A stretch of DNA of 64,000 nucleotides from Nitrospirota bacterium. Lineage in GTDB: Bacteria > Nitrospirota > Thermodesulfovibrionia > Thermodesulfovibrionales > Dissulfurispiraceae. Every line of letters begins with the position of its first letter. Position 1 is the stretch's first letter. The position numbers and the translations under genes were made by a program. Location of the stretch: the NCBI GenBank assembly GCA_963710375.1, contig CAVPZX010000005.1:288001-352000 (forward strand), read 5' to 3'. The notes beneath the pieces were generated by a model. That model made no database searches and was not told the DNA's origin. It saw only the letters and a program-made list of their open reading frames with translations. Shown piece after piece: positions 19,577 to 30,048 of the stretch.

Positions 19577-20269
19577 TCATTTTTTCGTTGCAAACACATA
19601 ATATTGCGCCCCTAACGGCACCTGCCGGAGATATCTTTCAAAGGGCCTCAGAACTTTTAGAAAATTCGGAAAGAAAAAGTAATAATCAGGAGGATTGGCG
19701 TCGTAACCTGTCTTCTCCATCAGTCCAAACAGCCTTTTTGGCTTGACAGGTACAGCATCTTTATCAAACGGGAGTATCCTCATGTTTCTCATCATCAAAG
19801 GATTATAGGGGTTATTTTCAAAAATAAATACCTTCCCGTTCTTTTTGAGAACTCTGCTCAGCTCCATTAAAATTGCCGCATGTCTTACATGCGGGATATG
19901 ATGGAATGTGCCGTTAGAGTATATAAGGTCAAATCTTTCATTTTCATAGTGAAGACTAACGCCATCCAGGGCTGAGAATTCAACTCCTTCAAGCCCAAGC
20001 TTTTGAGCCGCCACGATAGATTCCTTTGAAGTGTCAGCGGCGCATATCACGGAATTAGGGAAGTGTTGTCTCAGATGCACTTCCGTTGCCCCTATGCCGC
20101 ATCCGAAATCGAGGATAGTGTGGTTGCCGTCGGTAAACGTCTTGCCGAGCTTTTCCTTCATAAGACGGATCCTTAAATCAATAAAAAATTCGAACTCTTC
20201 TCCAATTAATTTAGTAACTTTGTTTATAGCATCCCTGTAGTCCGATGCATATCTATCAAAATCAGACAT
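19577..20269 (-). CDS. Class I SAM-dependent methyltransferase
   Basis: LDFGCGIG, FDLIY...FHHIP, ENNPYNP. Confidence 0.88.
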   Translation of the reverse strand: MSDFDRYASDYRDAINKVTKLIGEEFEFFIDLRIRLMKEKLGKTFTDGNHTILDFGCGIGATEVHLRQHFPNSVICAADTSKESIVAAQKLGLEGVEFSALDGVSLHYENERFDLIYSNGTFHHIPHVRHAAILMELSRVLKKNGKVFIFENNPYNPLMMRNMRILPFDKDAVPVKPKRLFGLMEKTGYDANPPDYYFFFPNFLKVLRPFERYLRQVPLGAQYYVFATKK

Positions 20270-20355
20270 CGATCACCCTCTCAGTTACCGTCTCCTAGCC
20301 ATGAGTTTTTGCAGCAGATAACTTTTTTAGCCTGATTCTCGATTGCAGCGCTTTG

Positions 20356-20646
20356 TCATGCATGTCTTTTTTTACTGAAGGTTATTTTTCCTTCGTTGAA
20401 TTTGTGAATAAGCATAGAAATCAGGGATTGATATGGTATCCCCTCTTCAATTGCTTTAGCACGAATTTTCTTTAAATCCCGCTCAGTCATTCGAATATTA
20501 ATCCGCATTTGTTTGTTTAGGCTATAGCGGGCATATGCTTCATATCTCTTTTTTTCTTTCTTGTTAAGGTCGGAGGTCCATTCATTTTTTTCAAGCGATT
20601 CAGCTAATTCTCTTTCGTCTGTATCCAAATAAACTGTTCTCTTCAT
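20356..20646 (-). CDS. BrnA/CopG-like antitoxin
   Basis: RINIRMTERDL..IR.KA..EGIPYQSLI RHH motif. Overlaps the toxin stop (ATGA). Confidence 0.85.
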   Translation of the reverse strand: MKRTVYLDTDERELAESLEKNEWTSDLNKKEKKRYEAYARYSLNKQMRINIRMTERDLKKIRAKAIEEGIPYQSLISMLIHKFNEGKITFSKKRHA

Positions 20647-20921
20647 TTTTTGCCTCCCAAATATTTCTTTGTTGCCTTGCTGTTAGGTATTATTGTTTTC
20701 AAAAATATGCTTTCGTCATCCTCAATATACTGTACAGAATAGACATAATCTTCAATCAGTACCAGAAAAACCTTTTGATTCGGATATTTCGCCTGGTTGG
20801 TATGTTTAACCCGGTCAAGTAAATCGCCTGATGCGATTGCCAGTTCCACCTGCTCAAATGATACATTCCGCTCTTTTTTGAGTAAATCATTTTTCTCATT
20901 ATTCCAATCGAAATATTTCAT
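20643..20921 (-). CDS. BrnT-like toxin
   Basis: FDWNNEKNDLLKKERNVSFE...YPNQ...FLKTIIP. Confidence 0.85.
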   Translation of the reverse strand: MKYFDWNNEKNDLLKKERNVSFEQVELAIASGDLLDRVKHTNQAKYPNQKVFLVLIEDYVYSVQYIEDDESIFLKTIIPNSKATKKYLGGKK

Positions 20922-21154
20922 AAGCGTATGCCTATTGTATTCAATGTTTATGATATCAACTGGTCCTTGTTTCTGTCAAATTGTTGCATTTGAAATTAGC
21001 ATCGAATGTTTGGCAGGGACGGTTAGGCTTACTTACTTATGGACATTTCCTCTTTTGCCTTTTTTGAAAATCGATGACCTTCTCAGCCTCAGTTTCTAAA
21101 TACGCCCTGTCTCATTGAGTAAATATTTTCCTTTCTTGAGTCTAATGTTTGCTT

Positions 21155-21185
21155 TGTGTAATAATATGTGTAAGATATTGTGTAA
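21155..21185 (+). promoter_or_regulatory. Three TGTGTAA direct repeats, putative VapB operator
   Basis: TGTGTAA at 21155, 21167 and 21179 (12-bp period), directly before the AGGAGG RBS. Confidence 0.55.
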
Positions 21186-21197
21186 AAGGAGGGGTTT

Positions 21198-21398
21198 ATG
21201 CCAACAAATCTGGCGATAGATAATGACCTTTTAAACGAGGCGCAGAAGATAGGCAAGCACAAAACTAAAAAGAATGCGGTCAATGAAGCACTGCGAGAGT
21301 ATATTGAAAAAAGAAAGCGGAAAGAAATTATCTCCCTGTTCGGCAATGTGGATATCGATCCTGCCTATGATTACAAAAAAGAGCGGCTGCGTAGGTGA
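21198..21398 (+). CDS. vapB: VapB-family antitoxin
   Basis: MPTNLAIDNDLLNEA...TKKNAVNEALREYI. Overlaps the PIN gene. Confidence 0.88.
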   Translation: MPTNLAIDNDLLNEAQKIGKHKTKKNAVNEALREYIEKRKRKEIISLFGNVDIDPAYDYKKERLRR

Positions 21399-21802
21399 GG
21401 ATACTCGTAGATACCTCTGTATGGTCTCTTGCCTTGAGAAGGCAATCCTCAGTGGTACATGCGGAAGCGGTACTTTTGAGGACGCTTATCGAACAGGGAG
21501 AAGATATCTCCATTATTGGTGTCATACTCCAGGAGATACTCCAGGGAGTAAGGAATCTCAAAGACTTCAATCAACTGAAAGAATATTTCGCTGCTTTCCC
21601 AATCATCGAGTTAACACGGGAAGATTATATAAAAGCAGCGGAACTAAAAAATCACCTTATGAAGAATAGGAAACAAGTAGGCACGATAGACGCTCTTATC
21701 GCATCTGCGGCAATATCTCGCGAATGCTCCCTTTTTACGGCAGATCAGGATTTCACCTATATAGCAATGCACTCGAAATTGAAGCTTCTGAATAAAAAGT
21801 AA
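21395..21802 (+). CDS. vapC: VapC PIN-domain toxin
   Basis: ILVDTSVW, QEILQG, IDALIA, TADQDF. Confidence 0.9.
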   Translation: MRILVDTSVWSLALRRQSSVVHAEAVLLRTLIEQGEDISIIGVILQEILQGVRNLKDFNQLKEYFAAFPIIELTREDYIKAAELKNHLMKNRKQVGTIDALIASAAISRECSLFTADQDFTYIAMHSKLKLLNKK

Positions 21803-21923
21803 GCTGTATCTCATGAGGGAGTCTGAACACCGGATCCTTTTTTGATAGTAAAAACAAACAGACCTGCTGCCGCTTTTTTCACATGTCAACTCATATGTGG
21901 TAAAATATGACGTTATTTAGGCA

Positions 21924-22700
21924 ATGTGGAGAAAAATGAGGAGTTTCGAGAATTACAGGGACCTGATCGCGGTACTCACGCATAAAGAGATGAAGGTTAA
22001 GTACAAGAGCAGTGTGTTCGGTTACTGCTGGTCTGTCGCTCATCCCCTTGCCTTCGCTTTTGTCTATTTCATAGCCTTCAAGGTGGTTATGAGAATACAG
22101 ATGGAGGATTACTCCCTCTTCCTAATTGCAGGGCTTTTTCCGTGGCAGTGGTTTAGCAACTCGGTAAGCGCAGCGCCCACGATATTCCTGGCGAATGTAT
22201 CTATCATCAAAAAGGTGAACTTTCCCAGGAATATCATCCCTCTCACCACTGTGCTCCAGGACATGATCCATTTTATCCTTTCGATGCCTGTAATAGTTGT
22301 CTTCCTTTTTATATATCACCGCTCCCCCTCGCTGTCGTGGCTCTATGGGGTTCCACTGCTGCTGGTTATCCAACTCATTATGACCTATGGGGCCGCCCTT
22401 TTTATCTCGTCGATCAATCTTTTTTTCAGGGATTTCGAGAGACTCACCAGCATATTCATCACCCTTTTGTTTTATTTCACTCCGATTATCTATCCCGAGA
22501 CCATGGTGCCCGAGCGATTCAGGTCGCTGGTTTACTTCAATCCCCTTGCGCCTCTTATGGTGAGCTGGCGGAACCTTTTCCTTCACGGCAAACTTGACCC
22601 TGCTGCTCTCGCAGTCAGTTTCGCCTATTCTATTGTCTTCTTTGCAGTGGGATATTTCGTCTACGGAAAACTCTCATGGAAGTTCGCTGAAGTCCTGTGA
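21924..22700 (+). CDS. wzm: Polysaccharide ABC transporter permease Wzm
   Basis: KVKYKSSVFGYCW, IIKKVNFPR, FFRD, FYFTPIIYP, NPLA; ABC-2 type. Confidence 0.92.
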   Translation: MWRKMRSFENYRDLIAVLTHKEMKVKYKSSVFGYCWSVAHPLAFAFVYFIAFKVVMRIQMEDYSLFLIAGLFPWQWFSNSVSAAPTIFLANVSIIKKVNFPRNIIPLTTVLQDMIHFILSMPVIVVFLFIYHRSPSLSWLYGVPLLLVIQLIMTYGAALFISSINLFFRDFERLTSIFITLLFYFTPIIYPETMVPERFRSLVYFNPLAPLMVSWRNLFLHGKLDPAALAVSFAYSIVFFAVGYFVYGKLSWKFAEVL

Positions 22701-23437
22701 GCGAACCGGTCATCATATTCGATTCCGTCAGCAAGAGCTATCCCCTGTATCACCACATTACAGGGGGAATCAAGAACTTCCTCTTTCACTTTCCGCGCGC
22801 GGTCAACCAGTTAAAGAACCATCGCTATGAAGCCCTGCAGGGAATATCCTTCCAGGTCAACAGGGGAGAGAGTTTCGGGATAATAGGGAAGAACGGGGCG
22901 GGCAAGAGCACTACCCTCGGTCTGATCGCCGGGGTGATCAAGCCCTCAGGAGGGACGATTGTGGTGAAGGGTAGGGTCTCACCGCTGCTTGAATTGGGCT
23001 CGGGATTCAACAGTGAGCTGACGGGCAGGGAGAATATAATGCTGAACGGCGTGCTCATGGGCCTTACCAGGGCTGAAGTGCTGCGCAAAATGGAAGAGAT
23101 TATTGAGTTCTCGGGCCTGGGTGATTTCATAGACCAGCCGCTGCGCACCTATTCCTCGGGCATGATTATGCGCCTCGGCTTTTCTGTTGTGGCGAGCCTC
23201 GACCCAGAGATACTGCTCATCGACGAGGTGCTTGCAGTAGGGGACATGGAGTTCCAGAAAAAGTGCGTGGACAAGATGAAAGGCTTCAAAGAGAATGGAG
23301 TGACTATTGTCTTTGTCTCCCATGGCCTGAATGACGTACTGGCTATATGCGACAGGGTGGTTTGGATCGAGAACCATCAGGTGCGGATGATCGGGAGCGC
23401 ACAAGAAGTGGTGAACAGCTATGCTAACCCAAAATAA
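22697..23437 (+). CDS. wzt: Polysaccharide ABC transporter ATPase Wzt, without a C-terminal CBM
   Basis: GKNGAGKST, YSSGM, IDEVLAVGD, VSH; only 246 aa. Confidence 0.93.
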   Translation: MSEPVIIFDSVSKSYPLYHHITGGIKNFLFHFPRAVNQLKNHRYEALQGISFQVNRGESFGIIGKNGAGKSTTLGLIAGVIKPSGGTIVVKGRVSPLLELGSGFNSELTGRENIMLNGVLMGLTRAEVLRKMEEIIEFSGLGDFIDQPLRTYSSGMIMRLGFSVVASLDPEILLIDEVLAVGDMEFQKKCVDKMKGFKENGVTIVFVSHGLNDVLAICDRVVWIENHQVRMIGSAQEVVNSYANPK

Positions 23438-23546
23438 AAACAGGCAGAGGGATAGGCAGAGGTAAAGTGAGAAAAAACTCGTTGATAATACATTAGGTCC
23501 TGTGATATAACTTTGTGGGGCTGAAACCCGCCTGGAATGAACGTCG

Positions 23547-25609
23547 ATGAAATCAAGTAAGGACTCTCTCAATATGAAACGTCGAAGAGTGCTGTTTATG
23601 TTTTTTGCCGTGTCTGTATTGCTCTTTTGCTATTGTGGGCTGTCTTATGCCGCCACTAGAGATGTAGGAAGCGCAGGAACGTATACAACGATTCAAAATG
23701 GCTATAACGCTGCCGGGAACGGGGATACTATCCAGGTTCAGGCAGGCACATATACGGAAAATGATAATTTCGGCACTAATAAATCAGTTGCCCTTTTAGG
23801 TGGGTATAGTAGTAGCTTTTCACCCGATAGCTCATATTCAATAATTGCGGGGACACTAACAATCAGCAATGGGACAGTGACTGTCGAGAACATAATAATT
23901 AATTCTGCAACGCTTGCGTCCATTGCGGTTACTCCGGTAAACCCCAGCATTACCCTTGGGACAACCCAACAGTTCACGGCAACAGAAACTTTTTCGGAAA
24001 ACTCCACGCCGGATATGACTACATTAGTCACGTGGAGTTCATCGAAACCGTTCGTCGCTACCATCAGCAATGCAACCGGCTCTAATGGACTGGCTTCATC
24101 CGTAGCTGCCGGCAATACACTGATAACGGCCAGATCCGGGAGCATCACAGGCTCCACTACACTTACAGTTAGTCCTCCGACACTTGTATCTATTACGGTT
24201 ACTCCGGCAAACTCCAGCATTACCCTTGGGAATACTGAACAGTTTACGGCCACAGGGACTTATTCGGACGGTACTACTCCGAATATTACTTCATCAGTAA
24301 CCTGGAGTTCATCAAATGTGTCCGTCGCCACTATCAGTAATGCGGCTGGCTCTAATGGAAAGGCTTCATCAGTATCAGACGGTGCAACAACCATCACAGC
24401 CACTTCAGGGAGTATAGCTGGTTCTACCGGACTAACGGTGACAGGTACAGGACTGACAACGTGCTTTCTTTCACTGTTAACGGTTCAACATGCAACTCAT
24501 CCTCGTCCCCCTTCACCCCATATACAAACGAACCATGCGTAAGCGTCACGGTTTGCAGCCCTACTAACACATCAAACTGTGTGACAATTAATGGCATTTT
24601 ACTGGATACGGGAAGTTTCGGACTCAGGATTTTTAAAACGGCCCTGGGCAGCGTTTCCGGTTCTCTTACGCAAGTGACTTCCGGTTCCGGCTTTCTTGCA
24701 GAATGCGTCCATTTCGGAGACGGCTCGTCGGACTGGGGGCCGGTCCAGATGGCGAACGTTACACTGGGGAACGAGCCTGCTGTGACGGTTCCAGTCCAGG
24801 TTATCGATTCCGCTTTTGGCACTGTCCCGCGCTCGTGCGGAACTCCGGATCAACGGCCCAAAGACGCAGGATTCAACGGAATACTCGGAGTTGGCCCTCT
24901 TGTTCAGGACTGCGGTTCTACATGTGAAACTTCTATCATTGGGGATTATTACACATGCAGCGGGTCGCAGTGCAGCGGAACTACAGTTGCAGTCTCTAAT
25001 CAGGTTTCGAACCCTGTCTTCTCTCTTCCCATTGATAACAACGGGTTGATAGTGCAGCTTCCCACCGTCGCTGCAAGTGGTGCGACCTCGGTGACCGGCT
25101 CCCTTGTGTTCGGGATTGGCACGCAATCGAACAATTCGCCTTCACCAAGCGTTTCTGCGTATACATTCACCGCAGAGGATGAATTGGACAACCTTGATGA
25201 ATTTAACACAACCTTTAGCAGCGCCTCTTACAACAGTTTTTTCGACACCGGTTCGAACTTCCTTTTTTTCCCTCAACCTACATCAGGCACTTACAAAGGC
25301 GATCTGCCACTCTGCAGCGGTAATTCAGGCTTTTTCTGCCCCACTACAACAAACTCGAACCCTGACGGCATTACAAACCTTTCCGCCACTATTACGGGAC
25401 TCTCCGGCTCTCCGAGCAATCCGATCTCGTTCCAGATAGGCAACTTTACCGCCCTTACAAGTTCGCCGTCCATCATGGTGTTCAGCGATATCGGCGCCAG
25501 TAGTCCTGATTTCGACTGGGGGCTTCCGTTCTATTTTGGACGAAACGTTTTTGTCGGGGTTGAGGGCACGACTTCCAGCCTTGGCACGGGTCCATACTTT
25601 GCGTACTGA
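23547..25609 (+). pseudogene. Secreted protein with two Big_2 Ig-like domains and a DUF3443-like aspartic-protease-type domain; frameshift at about 24451 (possibly an error)
   Basis: Signal peptide, then two L.SI.VTP...QFTAT...VTWSSS units. The next frame continues TDNVLSFTVNG...LLDTGSFGLRI...NGILGVG...FFDTGSN...DWGLPFYFGRNV. Confidence 0.75.
23907..24446 (+). repeat. 270-bp-period coding duplication (two Ig-like domains)
   Basis: GGTTACTCCGG...CCAGCATTACCCTTGGG occurs at 23927 and 24197. Confidence 0.85.
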
Positions 25610-25636
25610 GCCAGCTCCCTATCGACTACCAAACAT

Positions 25637-25673
25637 TTGACAGCTGACGTATAATTAATTATAATATATACGT
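25637..25673 (+). promoter_or_regulatory. Consensus sigma70 promoter with an overlapping inverted-repeat operator
   Basis: TTGACA (25637), 17 bp, TATAAT (25660). Inverted repeat ACGTATA (25647)...TATACGT (25673). Confidence 0.8.
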
Positions 25674-25689
25674 ATAAGGGAGGTGCAAA

Positions 25690-25938
25690 TTGCATACTAA
25701 ACTTACACTTCGTCTTGACGACGGATTAATAGAAAAAACCAAAAAAATTGCAAAGGCACGTAATTCAAGCCTTTCAGAAATGGTTGCTGAATTCTTTAAG
25801 TCTGTCACAGGCAGCTACGCCGGGGAGGTGAACAAATCGCCTGTTTTGACCGAGGTAACAGGAATTTTAGGCGGTAAATATAGCCCGAAGGCCCTGCGCA
25901 GCAGTTACAGGCGCCATATTGAGGAAAAATACCGTTGA
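25690..25938 (+). CDS. DUF6364-like RHH antitoxin
   Basis: TKLTLRLD..LIEK.K..A.....SLSEMV; ends HIEEKY. Confidence 0.82.
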   Translation: MHTKLTLRLDDGLIEKTKKIAKARNSSLSEMVAEFFKSVTGSYAGEVNKSPVLTEVTGILGGKYSPKALRSSYRRHIEEKYR

Positions 25939-26348
25939 AATCAGTTCTTTGCGATGTCAACTTCTTTCTTGATATATTCATGAAACGGAGGCCTTTTTAT
26001 CTCCCCGCATCTGAGCTTTTTGTTAAAATTGAGAATGAGGAAGTAGAAGGATATATCTGCTCGTTGACCTTTCCAATTCTATTTTATCTGCTCTCAAAAG
26101 AGATTGGACGTGCGCAGGCAGCTAAGATCCTTGAAAAGATTAGAATAGTGTTTAAGGTCGCTGCTGTTGATGAAAAGGTCATCGACTTATCACTCGCTTC
26201 TAACTTCGAGGACTTCGAAGATGCGGTGCAATACTATTCCGCAATGAAAACAGGTGTGACCTGCCTTATCTCGCGCGATAAAAATGACTTCGCAGATAAA
26301 AAAATCCCTGTGCTGACCCCTGAAGAGTTTGTCGCTATTAAGGGCTGA
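25935..26348 (+). CDS. PIN-domain toxin (PIN_3-like)
   Basis: VLCDVNFFLD, DFEDAVQYYSA, RDKNDF, VLTPEEF. Confidence 0.87.
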   Translation: MKSVLCDVNFFLDIFMKRRPFYLPASELFVKIENEEVEGYICSLTFPILFYLLSKEIGRAQAAKILEKIRIVFKVAAVDEKVIDLSLASNFEDFEDAVQYYSAMKTGVTCLISRDKNDFADKKIPVLTPEEFVAIKG

Positions 26349-26364
26349 CCTTTTCCCGACAATG

Positions 26365-26546
26365 TGCAATTCAGACAGTAGATGAATCTCTGAAGCATTA
26401 GCGGAGTTTTGGAAACAGTTCTTGGCGAGTGAGCGTTAAACAGGAGCGAAACTGACCGAAGGGAATTTTGCGACTGTAGCGAGACGAGTCATAGAACTGT
26501 CAAAACGGAGCGTAGCGAAAGAGAGTCATCTACTGTCTGAATTGCA
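26365..26546 (+). mobile_element. 182-bp MITE-like element, family A copy 1
   Basis: 26-bp terminal inverted repeats TGCAATTCAGACAGTAGATGA(A/C)TCTC; non-coding; second copy at 53078-53259. Confidence 0.85.
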
Positions 26547-26633
26547 GTTCCCATAATACGTTATATTTGAAAAAGTGTTAAAATTATTAAAGTGTTTATA
26601 CTATGGCTTTTCTGCAGTGTGTGAGATTATTCC

Positions 26634-27608
26634 ATGCCTAAAGTGAGCATTATCATTGTCAATTATAACGGAGAGCGGGTACTTGGGGATTGTCTCAGGG
26701 CTGTTGAGGGACAGACCTTCAGGGATTTCGAAATTGTTCTCGTAGACAACGCCTCCACTGATGGTTCACAGTCACTGGCCGGACATCTTAACTTTATCTC
26801 TTTGCCGGAGAACCGGGGTTTCACAGGAGGAAATATAGAGGGACTGCGGCATTGCGCCGGGGATTATATCGTCCTTCTTAACAATGACACGGAGCCGGAA
26901 AGGGGATGGCTTCAGGCCCTTGTGGATGCTGCAGATGCCCATCCGGAAGTCGGCATCTGCGCTTCGAAGCTGATCAAACACGGCACTAATCGTATTGACA
27001 GCGCAGGAGACCTCTTTTCCAAAGCCTTGAAAGGGTTTAAGCGCGGCGAGGGTGATGTTGACAATGGTTTTAACCGGGAGGAGTACATTTTCGGCGCCTG
27101 CGCAGGAGCGGCGCTGTACAGGCGTTCAATGCTGGATGAAATAGGCTTCCTGGATGAGGACTTTTTTTTGATTCACGAAGATACTGATTTGAACTGGAGG
27201 GCGCAGCTTGCAGGCTGGAAGGTATTGTATGTCCCATCTGCTGCGGTATATCATAAAGTAAGGTCAACTATAGGTCAGATGAGCGATCTTGCTGTTTACT
27301 ATACACTGAGAAATGCCGTATTTGTAAGGATAAAAAATATCCCCTTCCGTGTATTCCTGCGCTGCCTGCCTTCTTTTCTTGCCGGAATGCTGACGGAGTT
27401 TTTTTTGTTCGGCATAAGACACAGGCGTCCGGGGCTGTATATCAAGGCGAAAAGTGATGCTCTGCGACTGCTCCCGCGGATGTTAAAAAAAAGAACTGAC
27501 ATTATGAAGAAACGTAAAGTGTCTGATGCGTATATACTTTCGTTAATGACCTCTGTATGGGAGAAGAAATTCCTGCGGGCCAAATTCAAGAGATTGCTCT
27601 ATGGTTAG
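26634..27608 (+). CDS. GT2 glycosyltransferase (rhamnosyltransferase-like)
   Basis: IIVNYNG, VDNASTDGS, NRGF, LLNNDT, GACAGAALYRR, EDTDL. Confidence 0.9.
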   Translation: MPKVSIIIVNYNGERVLGDCLRAVEGQTFRDFEIVLVDNASTDGSQSLAGHLNFISLPENRGFTGGNIEGLRHCAGDYIVLLNNDTEPERGWLQALVDAADAHPEVGICASKLIKHGTNRIDSAGDLFSKALKGFKRGEGDVDNGFNREEYIFGACAGAALYRRSMLDEIGFLDEDFFLIHEDTDLNWRAQLAGWKVLYVPSAAVYHKVRSTIGQMSDLAVYYTLRNAVFVRIKNIPFRVFLRCLPSFLAGMLTEFFLFGIRHRRPGLYIKAKSDALRLLPRMLKKRTDIMKKRKVSDAYILSLMTSVWEKKFLRAKFKRLLYG

Positions 27609-28515
27609 CGTTATTATTCTCACTCTCAACGCGGGTGAAAGATTGCGTTCCCTCCTGGAGGCCCTGCTGCCGCAAACGGTGCCGTTGGAGCTAATGGTGG
27701 TCGATTCCTCTTCAACAGACAGTACACTTTCTATTGCTAGAGCTTACGGGGCAAAAGTCGCAACAGTGCAGAGGAGTGATTTCGATCATGGCGCTACCCG
27801 AAATTTCGGTATCCTCCAGACTTCCGGAGACATTGTGGTATTCCTAACGCAGGATGTGGTTCCTGTGGGTAGAGATACGATGGAGAGGCTTATCGCGCCT
27901 TTTTATGCCGATGAACTGGTAGGATGTGTTTATGGAAGGCAGCTGCCTTCCCCCGAAGCCACGGTTTTTGCCGCACACTCACGGATTTTCAATTATGGCC
28001 CTACTTCACTGGTAAAGTCCCGGGAGAACGGCGAAAGGGGAATAAAGGTCCCTTTTCTCTCTAATTCCTTTGCCGCATACAGGAGAAAAGCACTTGAAGA
28101 AATTGGTCTTTTTAAAGAAGGCCTTATCTCAACAGAGGACACATACGCAGGAGCCAGGATGCTCATGGCCGGTTACAGGATCGCCTACGCATCGGACGCT
28201 GCGGTATACCATTCACACAACTATACTCTCATGGAAGAATTCCGGCGGTACTTCGATATAGGGGTCTTTCACCGGAGGGAAAAATGGATTATTGAAACCT
28301 TTGGAAGGGCGGAGGACGAGGGGAGCAGATTTCTACTGTCTGAGTTGCGGTATATAGCCAGGGAGGCTAAATATGGTCTTCTGCCCGAATTTTTGGCCCG
28401 GAATAGTTTAAAATACCTTGGCTTCTCCCTTGGACGGCAGTATGAAAAACTGCCTTTGAAAATAATTAATAAAATTGAGCAAGAACAAAAATTATTGGGA
28501 AAAAAAACAGGTTAA
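27601..28515 (+). CDS. GT2 rhamnosyltransferase (RfbN/WbaN-like); C-terminus probably +1 shifted near 28471
   Basis: DSSSTD, FDHGATRN, FLTQD, YGRQLP, SNSFAAYR, HSHNY, RYFDIG. The expected LS...YW tail (LSKNKNYW) lies in the adjacent frame. Confidence 0.85.
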   Translation: MVSVIILTLNAGERLRSLLEALLPQTVPLELMVVDSSSTDSTLSIARAYGAKVATVQRSDFDHGATRNFGILQTSGDIVVFLTQDVVPVGRDTMERLIAPFYADELVGCVYGRQLPSPEATVFAAHSRIFNYGPTSLVKSRENGERGIKVPFLSNSFAAYRRKALEEIGLFKEGLISTEDTYAGARMLMAGYRIAYASDAAVYHSHNYTLMEEFRRYFDIGVFHRREKWIIETFGRAEDEGSRFLLSELRYIAREAKYGLLPEFLARNSLKYLGFSLGRQYEKLPLKIINKIEQEQKLLGKKTG

Positions 28516-28580
28516 GGTTGAGGTTGAGGTTAAGACTGGCGGTTCTTAGTTTTTCTTAACCTTAACCTTAGCCTTAACCT
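28509..28580. repeat. Microsatellite hairpin, GGTT(A/G)A hexamer family
   Basis: AGGTTAAGGTTGAGGTTGAGGTTAAG, spacer, CTTAACCTTAACCTTAGCCTTAACCT. Confidence 0.92.
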
Positions 28581-28590
28581 ATATGTGGAT

Positions 28591-30046
28591 ATGCGTATCA
28601 ATAATGGATATAAAGAAACTGCCGGTATAGCGGGCGCTTGCCTCGCTGGACATTGCATCCTTTTATCTGTCCCTGTTTCTTGCTTATTACGCGCGCAAAT
28701 TTCTAAATACTGTTTTCCCGGGTCTCATACCTCTGGAATTCGGCCTGCGCCACTTTGTCCTTTTCTGGTGGATGCCGGTCATCTTCATCCTCGTCATCGC
28801 ATACGAAGGGCAATTCACAAAGAGGATGCCTTTCTGGGACGAAGTAAGAGAATTGATAAAGGCAATTACCGTGGCCGTCGTTGTTATCTTTGCGGTCACT
28901 AGTCTCGGAAAGTTCACCTACAAAATATCCAGGCTTACTTTCATCCTGCTATACATGTGCAGCATAGTTGTCTTTCCTTTTATGCGGCTTATGGGGAAGA
29001 AGATGCTATACCGGATGAATATCTGGAGGGAAAACCTTATTATCATCGGCGCGGGAAGGGCTGGAAAGGAAATTGCCAGGGGCATCGATAGCGAAAGTCA
29101 TATGGGGTACAATATCATCGGATTCCTCGACGACGATCCGGACAAGATAGGCCGGACAATAGAGATCAATAACAAGGAACTCAAGGTCTTCGGCAAGGTA
29201 AAGAATTTCAGGAAATTCCTCTCGCTGATGGATGTTCCAACGGTGATTATTGCAATTCCCTCCCTCATTGTGGAGGAGCTCACGAAGCTGACTGAGGATG
29301 TTCAGAAATATACCAGGCGCGTCCTTCTCGTGCCCGACCTGAAAGGCATTGCCCTGGTAAACACCGAACTCGAGAACCTGTCCGGGCAGCAACTGTTTAT
29401 GCTGAAGATCAACAACAACCTGAAGTCGGACTTCAATAAATTTGTCAAGAAGTGCTTCGACGTTGTTTTCTCCATTCTCTTGTTGCCTTTCCTTTTCGTT
29501 ATGGTGGTCATCTTTGGGATTTTGATACGCGCGGATTCCAGGGGAACTGTTTTCCTAATGCAGGACAGGATCGGCAAGGGGGGGAAGCTTTTCAAATGCA
29601 TAAAGTTCAGGACCATGTTCTCGAACGCTGACGAAATATTGGACAACTATCTTGAAAAGAACGAAGAGGTCAGGGCTGAGTGGAGCCGGTACAAAAAACT
29701 TCGTGATTATGATCCGCGCGTAACACGGGTGGGCAGGTTTCTGAGAAGGACCTCCCTGGACGAACTGCCCCAGATTTTCAATGTGCTTGCCGGCGATATG
29801 AGTTTCGTGGGCCCGCGCCCCTATCTGCCTGAGGAAGAGGAGGAGATACGGGGATATTCCGATCTGATCTTAGTCGCCAGCCCCGGGATCACCGGGCTCT
29901 GGCAGGTCTCGGGCAGAAACATACTGGATTTCGATGAAAGGGTGAGGCTCGCCGTATGGTACGTCCTGAACTGGTCCCTCTGGCTCGACATAGTCATCCT
30001 TTTCAAGACTATCAGGGTAGTCCTAAACAAGGAGGGAGCGTATTAA
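28591..30046 (+). CDS. wbaP: WbaP-type undecaprenyl-phosphate sugar phosphotransferase, copy 1; +1 frameshift at about 28633
   Basis: [47 protein letters not shown]. The N-terminus MRINNGYK aligns with the paralogue if one G is removed. Confidence 0.88.
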
Positions 30047-30048
30047 AA

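Noticed and set aside
23441..23467. Hexamer hairpin after wzt
   Set aside because: Only a degenerate purine arm with the AAAACAGG leader is visible; there is no clear partner arm.
28585..28902. Independent 105-aa protein upstream of wbaP
   Set aside because: Its first residues are the displaced WbaP N-terminus; the rest is out-of-frame read-through.
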